Shown here one piece after another: positions 45,108 to 49,160 of a stretch of DNA of 49,160 bases (within the stretch, counting starts at the first letter, position 1; each line of letters starts with the position of its first letter). Origin of the DNA: Dehalococcoidia bacterium (lineage in GTDB: Bacteria > Chloroflexota > Dehalococcoidia > SZUA-161); assembly GCA_011174795.1 (NCBI GenBank), contig DUEY01000005.1, positions 4,885 to 54,044 on the forward strand, in the 5' to 3' direction. Both the position numbers and the translations under genes were made by a program. Under the pieces are notes generated by a model. That model worked only from the letters and a program-made list of their open reading frames with translations. It was not told where the DNA came from and ran no database searches.

Positions 45108-45149
45108 GTGCTGCCAGGTCGGTCTGAAGCTGCAAACACTCATCTGGAC

Positions 45150-45178
45150 TTGGCACGGCTGTAACTATGTGCTAAAAT
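45150..45178 (+). promoter_or_regulatory. Sigma70-type promoter for the Fe-S oxidoreductase
   Basis: TTGGCA-17nt-TAAAAT with a TGn extension. Confidence 0.5.
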
Positions 45179-45203
45179 TCCTCTGGCTGAAAAAGGAGGA
45201 ATC

Positions 45204-47261
45204 ATGCCTGAGACCATGCTTGACGCGCACCGCGAGATATTCTTCGATATCGATTTCGGCTGGATCATTTACATACTGGCCTTTGTCTCGGTGGTGTATC
45301 TTATCTACGCCTTCTACCGCCGCTTCAAGCTGTGGAGAATGGGGCAGAAGGATGACACCTTCGCCAACATCCTTGAAAAAATAAAGAACTTCGTCTACAC
45401 AGCTACCGTCGACGGCATCGTCCACAGGCGAATCCTGCGGGACCCTTACCCCGGGATAATGCACGCCCTTATTTTCTGGGGCGCCGCTCTTCTCCTGCTG
45501 GGGACCGCGATGGACGTCATCAGCCATTATATCGTCGAATTCCTCCACGGTAACACCTATTTAGCCATCTCCTTCCTCGCAGACCTCGGCGGCGTGATGA
45601 TCCTGATAGGCTTGATTTTAGCTGCCTACAGGAGGTATATCCAGAAGCCGGACAGGCTGGATAACATCCCGGGCGATGCTATCGGCCTGCTGCTCGTGTT
45701 TATCATTGTGCTGACCGGGTTCATCCTGGAAGGGCTGCGCATGGTCGTCACCGCCGCCCATTTTACCGATTTACCGATAATGAGCGAATGGGCTCCGTGG
45801 TCCTTCCTTGGCTATGGCTTCGCCAAGGCCTTCGAAGGCAGCAGCCACCCGGTTGGCTGGTATCAGGGCTTGTGGTGGTTCCATTCGCTGCTTATCATCG
45901 GCGCGATTTTCTACATGGGGCTCCTCTTCCCCAAGCTGTCGCACCTCTTTGTCTCCCCGATAAACGCCTTTTTCCGGAGGACAGGGCCCAGGGGTGCGCT
46001 CAGGCATGTCGAGCTTGAGGAAGCCGAGACGTTCGGCGCCGCTAAAATCCAGGACTTCACCGTCAAGGACCTGATGGACCTCGATGCCTGCACACGCTGC
46101 GGGCGCTGCCAGGATAACTGTCCCGCTTATCTCAGCGGGAAGCCTCTATCCCCGAAGAAGCTGATACAGGACTTGAGGACGCTGCTGAACGAGCGGGCTC
46201 CCGCTCTGCTCAGCGGCAACCCCGGGGATAACGGGCGCCAGATGCTGGGCGAGGTCATAACCGAGGACGAGATATGGTCGTGCACCACCTGCCGTGCCTG
46301 CCAGGAGCAGTGTCCCGTTTTCATCGAGCCAATCAACAAGATAATTGAGATGCGGCGCAACCTGGTTCTGGAACTGACCCAGTTCCCCGAAACCGCTATG
46401 CAGGCGCTGAGGAGCATGGAGCAGCGGGGACATCCGTGGCGGGGCACCATGTCAACGAGAACGGACTGGGCGGAGGGCCTTGATATTAAGCTGCTTTCGG
46501 ATGATAGCAATGTGGACGTTCTCTTCTGGGTTGGCTGCACCGGTGCGCTGGAGGAGCGGAATATTAAAGTTGCCAAGGCGGTGGGGAAGGTGCTGAAGGC
46601 AGCGGGGGTGAACTTCGGCATACTGGGTCCCGAGGAGAGTTGCTGTGGCGAGCCCGCCCGCAGAATAGGAAACGAGTACCTTTTCCAGTTGCTCGCGCAG
46701 CAGAACATCGAGATTCTCAAGAACTACGGGGTGAAGAAGATAGTTACCGCCTGTCCCCATGGCTACAATACGATAAGGAACGAGTACCCCCAGTACGGCG
46801 GCGAGTTCGAGGTCTGGCACCATACCGAGTTTATCCTCGAGCTGCTGAAGCAGGGCAAGTTGAAGCTTGCCCGGAGCGTGGACAAGAAGCTCACCTACCA
46901 CGATTCCTGCTACCTGGGCAGGTACAACGACATATATCAGGCGCCGAGAGAGCTCCTGCACAGTGTAACCGGGGCAGCGCCCGCGGATATGGAGCACCGT
47001 ATGAGCAAGGGTTTCTGCTGTGGCGCTGGCGGCGGCAGGATGTGGATGGAGGAGCAGATCGGCACGAGGATGAACCAGATTCGCACTGAAGAGGCTGTAA
47101 AGACCGGCGCCGAGGTGATAGCGTCAGCCTGTCCCTTCTGCATCCAGATGTTCGAGGACGCCATCAAGGCGCTGGAGAAGGAGGGCTCGCTCAGGGCGAT
47201 GGACATAGCGGAGATAGTCGCCGAGGCGCTCGAGTATGGTGCGTACGAGGAGAATTCATAA
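45204..47261 (+). CDS. Membrane-bound heterodisulfide-reductase-related Fe-S oxidoreductase (NarI-like + 2x4Fe-4S + CCG; FadF/HdrF-like)
   Basis: N-terminal TM helices with His residues; CTRCGRCQDNCP; CTTCRACQEQCP; CCGEP; YHDSCYLGR; CCGAGGG; ACPFC. Confidence 0.9.
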   Translation: MPETMLDAHREIFFDIDFGWIIYILAFVSVVYLIYAFYRRFKLWRMGQKDDTFANILEKIKNFVYTATVDGIVHRRILRDPYPGIMHALIFWGAALLLLGTAMDVISHYIVEFLHGNTYLAISFLADLGGVMILIGLILAAYRRYIQKPDRLDNIPGDAIGLLLVFIIVLTGFILEGLRMVVTAAHFTDLPIMSEWAPWSFLGYGFAKAFEGSSHPVGWYQGLWWFHSLLIIGAIFYMGLLFPKLSHLFVSPINAFFRRTGPRGALRHVELEEAETFGAAKIQDFTVKDLMDLDACTRCGRCQDNCPAYLSGKPLSPKKLIQDLRTLLNERAPALLSGNPGDNGRQMLGEVITEDEIWSCTTCRACQEQCPVFIEPINKIIEMRRNLVLELTQFPETAMQALRSMEQRGHPWRGTMSTRTDWAEGLDIKLLSDDSNVDVLFWVGCTGALEERNIKVAKAVGKVLKAAGVNFGILGPEESCCGEPARRIGNEYLFQLLAQQNIEILKNYGVKKIVTACPHGYNTIRNEYPQYGGEFEVWHHTEFILELLKQGKLKLARSVDKKLTYHDSCYLGRYNDIYQAPRELLHSVTGAAPADMEHRMSKGFCCGAGGGRMWMEEQIGTRMNQIRTEEAVKTGAEVIASACPFCIQMFEDAIKALEKEGSLRAMDIAEIVAEALEYGAYEENS

Positions 47262-47271
47262 CCGTTCAGGT

Positions 47272-47304
47272 AAAGGACGAGGCTGTCAGGGCCTCGTCCT
47301 TTTT
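47272..47304. terminator. Bidirectional intrinsic terminator overlapping the GT2 stop
   Basis: AAAGGACGAGGC-7nt-GCCTCGTCCTTTTT. Confidence 0.7.
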
Positions 47305-48203
47305 CCATACTTCATCCTTAAAAAATCGAGGATTGCCCGCAGGATGTAGTAAGAACCCCTCCATTGCCCTGTTATGCGCGAGTAGTCCCATATGACTTTG
47401 GGAAGCGTGATGAGGAAGTACAGGGCAGCCAGAGCGAACCGGGGCCTGGTGAGGTGCTTGTCCAGGAAGATAAAGTGGCCCCTGGTAGCGTAATACAGCG
47501 GCTGTCCCTTGAGCCTTTCCCTCTTCGCCTCGCCCCATCCCTTGTGCCAGATTCTGGACTCCGGCACATAGAGCACCTTATAGCCGCTGCGGGCCGCCCG
47601 CACACAGAAGTCTGCATCCTCCCAGCCGAAGAAGAACCGCTCGTCGAGCAGGCCCACGGTTTCCAGCACCTCGCGTGATATAAACATGAAGCACGAGCAA
47701 ATCCAGTCTACCTCGGCCTGTTCGTCCAGCTGTCCCCGGTCAGCCTCACCGCTGCCCCTGATGGGGGTTTTCCCGGTGCGGTAGTCGATGATGCCGCCGG
47801 CGAACCATATCTGCTCGGGAGCCTCATAACAGTATATCTTGCCCCCGGCAATCCCTATCCTCCCGTCATTCCGGGCGACCTCAACCATCTTATCGAGAAA
47901 GTCGGGAGTAACCACAGTGTCGTTGTTCAGTAAGACGACGTAGTCCGCTCCCCTGTCCAGGGCGTCCTGTATCCCGATATTGCATCCCCCAGCAAAGCCC
48001 TGGTTTCGCTCGTTCTCAATCAGCCGTATGCTGTCGCCGAACCGCTCCCGCAGGAGACGGGCGTCATCACCGTCCGAGCCGTTATCAATGACTATAGTCT
48101 CGTGATTGGGATAGGTGGTATGCTTGAGGGACTCCAGGCATTCCGCGCTGTCGTTGAAGTTGTTCCAGTTGACCAGGACGATCGATACTCTGGGCGGCGG
48201 CAT
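47286..48203 (-). CDS. Glycosyltransferase family 2 (rhamnosyltransferase-like)
   Basis: VSIVLVNWN, IDNGS, N.GFAGGCN, LLNND, LDERFF..WED.DFC.R. Confidence 0.92.
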   Translation of the reverse strand: MPPPRVSIVLVNWNNFNDSAECLESLKHTTYPNHETIVIDNGSDGDDARLLRERFGDSIRLIENERNQGFAGGCNIGIQDALDRGADYVVLLNNDTVVTPDFLDKMVEVARNDGRIGIAGGKIYCYEAPEQIWFAGGIIDYRTGKTPIRGSGEADRGQLDEQAEVDWICSCFMFISREVLETVGLLDERFFFGWEDADFCVRAARSGYKVLYVPESRIWHKGWGEAKRERLKGQPLYYATRGHFIFLDKHLTRPRFALAALYFLITLPKVIWDYSRITGQWRGSYYILRAILDFLRMKYGKRTRP

Positions 48204-48871
48204 CAGCGGCTCCTGCCCTTTTTTATAGCCACGGCGATTATATATCCCGACGAGATATGCTCGTCGTTCCTGAACTCACGCACTCCGTATCTGCGCTCCA
48301 CGGAGTTATCCGCAAGGGTGACGTCGCACTGTCCGTAGAGGCTGATGCTGCTGAAATACCTGCTGAGCAAACGTTGGAACTCCTCTGGCCAGAACTCCTT
48401 GACGTGGTAGGGATTCAAGGGCTTCGCCAGGTTGGGGGAGAAGACCCTCCTGTTCGGGGTGGAGCAAATCAGCAGGCCGTTCTGCTTCAGCACCCTATGG
48501 CACTCAGCAAGGAATTTCCGGTAGGTTCTTAGATGCTCCAGCGTCTCAAAGGATACGACTGCGTCGAAGGAATAGTCGGCGAAGGGCAGCGTCGCAGCGT
48601 TGCCGCATATGAAGCTTGCGCCCTCTCCAAACCGGTCCCGGGCATAGTTCACCGCCTCGAGGGATATATCAACGCCGACCGCTCTTCGTGCTCCCCCTTC
48701 CGCCAGGTAAGCTGCCCCGTAACCGGTACCGCAAGCCACGTCTAAAACGTCCTTGTTACCGGTCAGGTTGGCGGCGAAGATATACCGGTCTATATGCTCC
48801 TTGTAGATATCCGGCGGCGTCTTACCTGGCACAACACGTTCGCCGGTGAATTCCATATCAGTCCCGGTCAT
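48203..48871 (-). CDS. Class I SAM-dependent methyltransferase
   Basis: FTGERVVP, HIDRY, VLDVACGTGYG, FDAVVSFETLEH, STPN; TGATG overlap with GT2. Confidence 0.92.
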   Translation of the reverse strand: MTGTDMEFTGERVVPGKTPPDIYKEHIDRYIFAANLTGNKDVLDVACGTGYGAAYLAEGGARRAVGVDISLEAVNYARDRFGEGASFICGNAATLPFADYSFDAVVSFETLEHLRTYRKFLAECHRVLKQNGLLICSTPNRRVFSPNLAKPLNPYHVKEFWPEEFQRLLSRYFSSISLYGQCDVTLADNSVERRYGVREFRNDEHISSGYIIAVAIKKGRSR

Positions 48872-49140
48872 TTATACGACTCCGTCTTTCGGCTTGTCTT
48901 GCTGCAAGCATCTTATGAGATTTAACAACTGGCGGTATATCATAGTATTCGTGCTACCCGGCCCCGCACTATTGTATCACACAAGGAACAGGCGCGATTA
49001 CCCCCGAGTTTGCAGAAGAAATGGGTATCGTAGTGGACAAAGTTGACAAAACAGTTTATACTTCAAAGCTAAGGGAATTCGGGACGTACTCGGTTAAGTT
49101 GAAATTATTAGATTGCATAGGGATTTGAAGGGGGTTCTCT

Positions 49141-49160
49141 ATGGCAGATAAGAGGGTTAA
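49141..49160 (+). CDS. Start of a CDS running off the window (MADKRV...)
   Basis: ATG behind RBS AAGGGGG; upstream TGGACA-17nt-TATACT at 49034..49062. Confidence 0.45.

Overview
Gene-dense bacterial window from an anaerobe, probably a Dehalococcoidia-like Chloroflexota (an inference from gene content, not verified). About the first 33 kb is a large CoA-dependent catabolic region. It holds two tandem family III CoA-transferase pairs, five acyl-CoA dehydrogenase-fold genes, three crotonase-family genes, three thiolase-fold genes (two paired with DUF35 OB-fold proteins), a MaoC pair, an SDR and an amidohydrolase. It also has an FrhB-like protein with iorAB, an enolase-superfamily enzyme, a tungsten-type aldehyde:ferredoxin oxidoreductase and a radical SAM/SPASM maturase. 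The most notable locus is an orphan glycyl radical enzyme with an unusual GCMRW active-site loop and no activating enzyme in the window. It is transcribed divergently from a heavily altered acyl-CoA dehydrogenase-fold gene. The right third is mostly housekeeping: coaX-coaBC, padR-membrane protein-degV-degV-plsY, a P-loop kinase, prs, secA, a stand-alone PolX N-terminal domain, a membrane Fe-S/CCG oxidoreductase, and a GT2 plus methyltransferase. I recognised no rRNA, tRNA, CRISPR array or transposase. There is one REP-like hairpin and a small CoA-transferase gene remnant. All family calls come from motif recognition by eye; no database searches were run.
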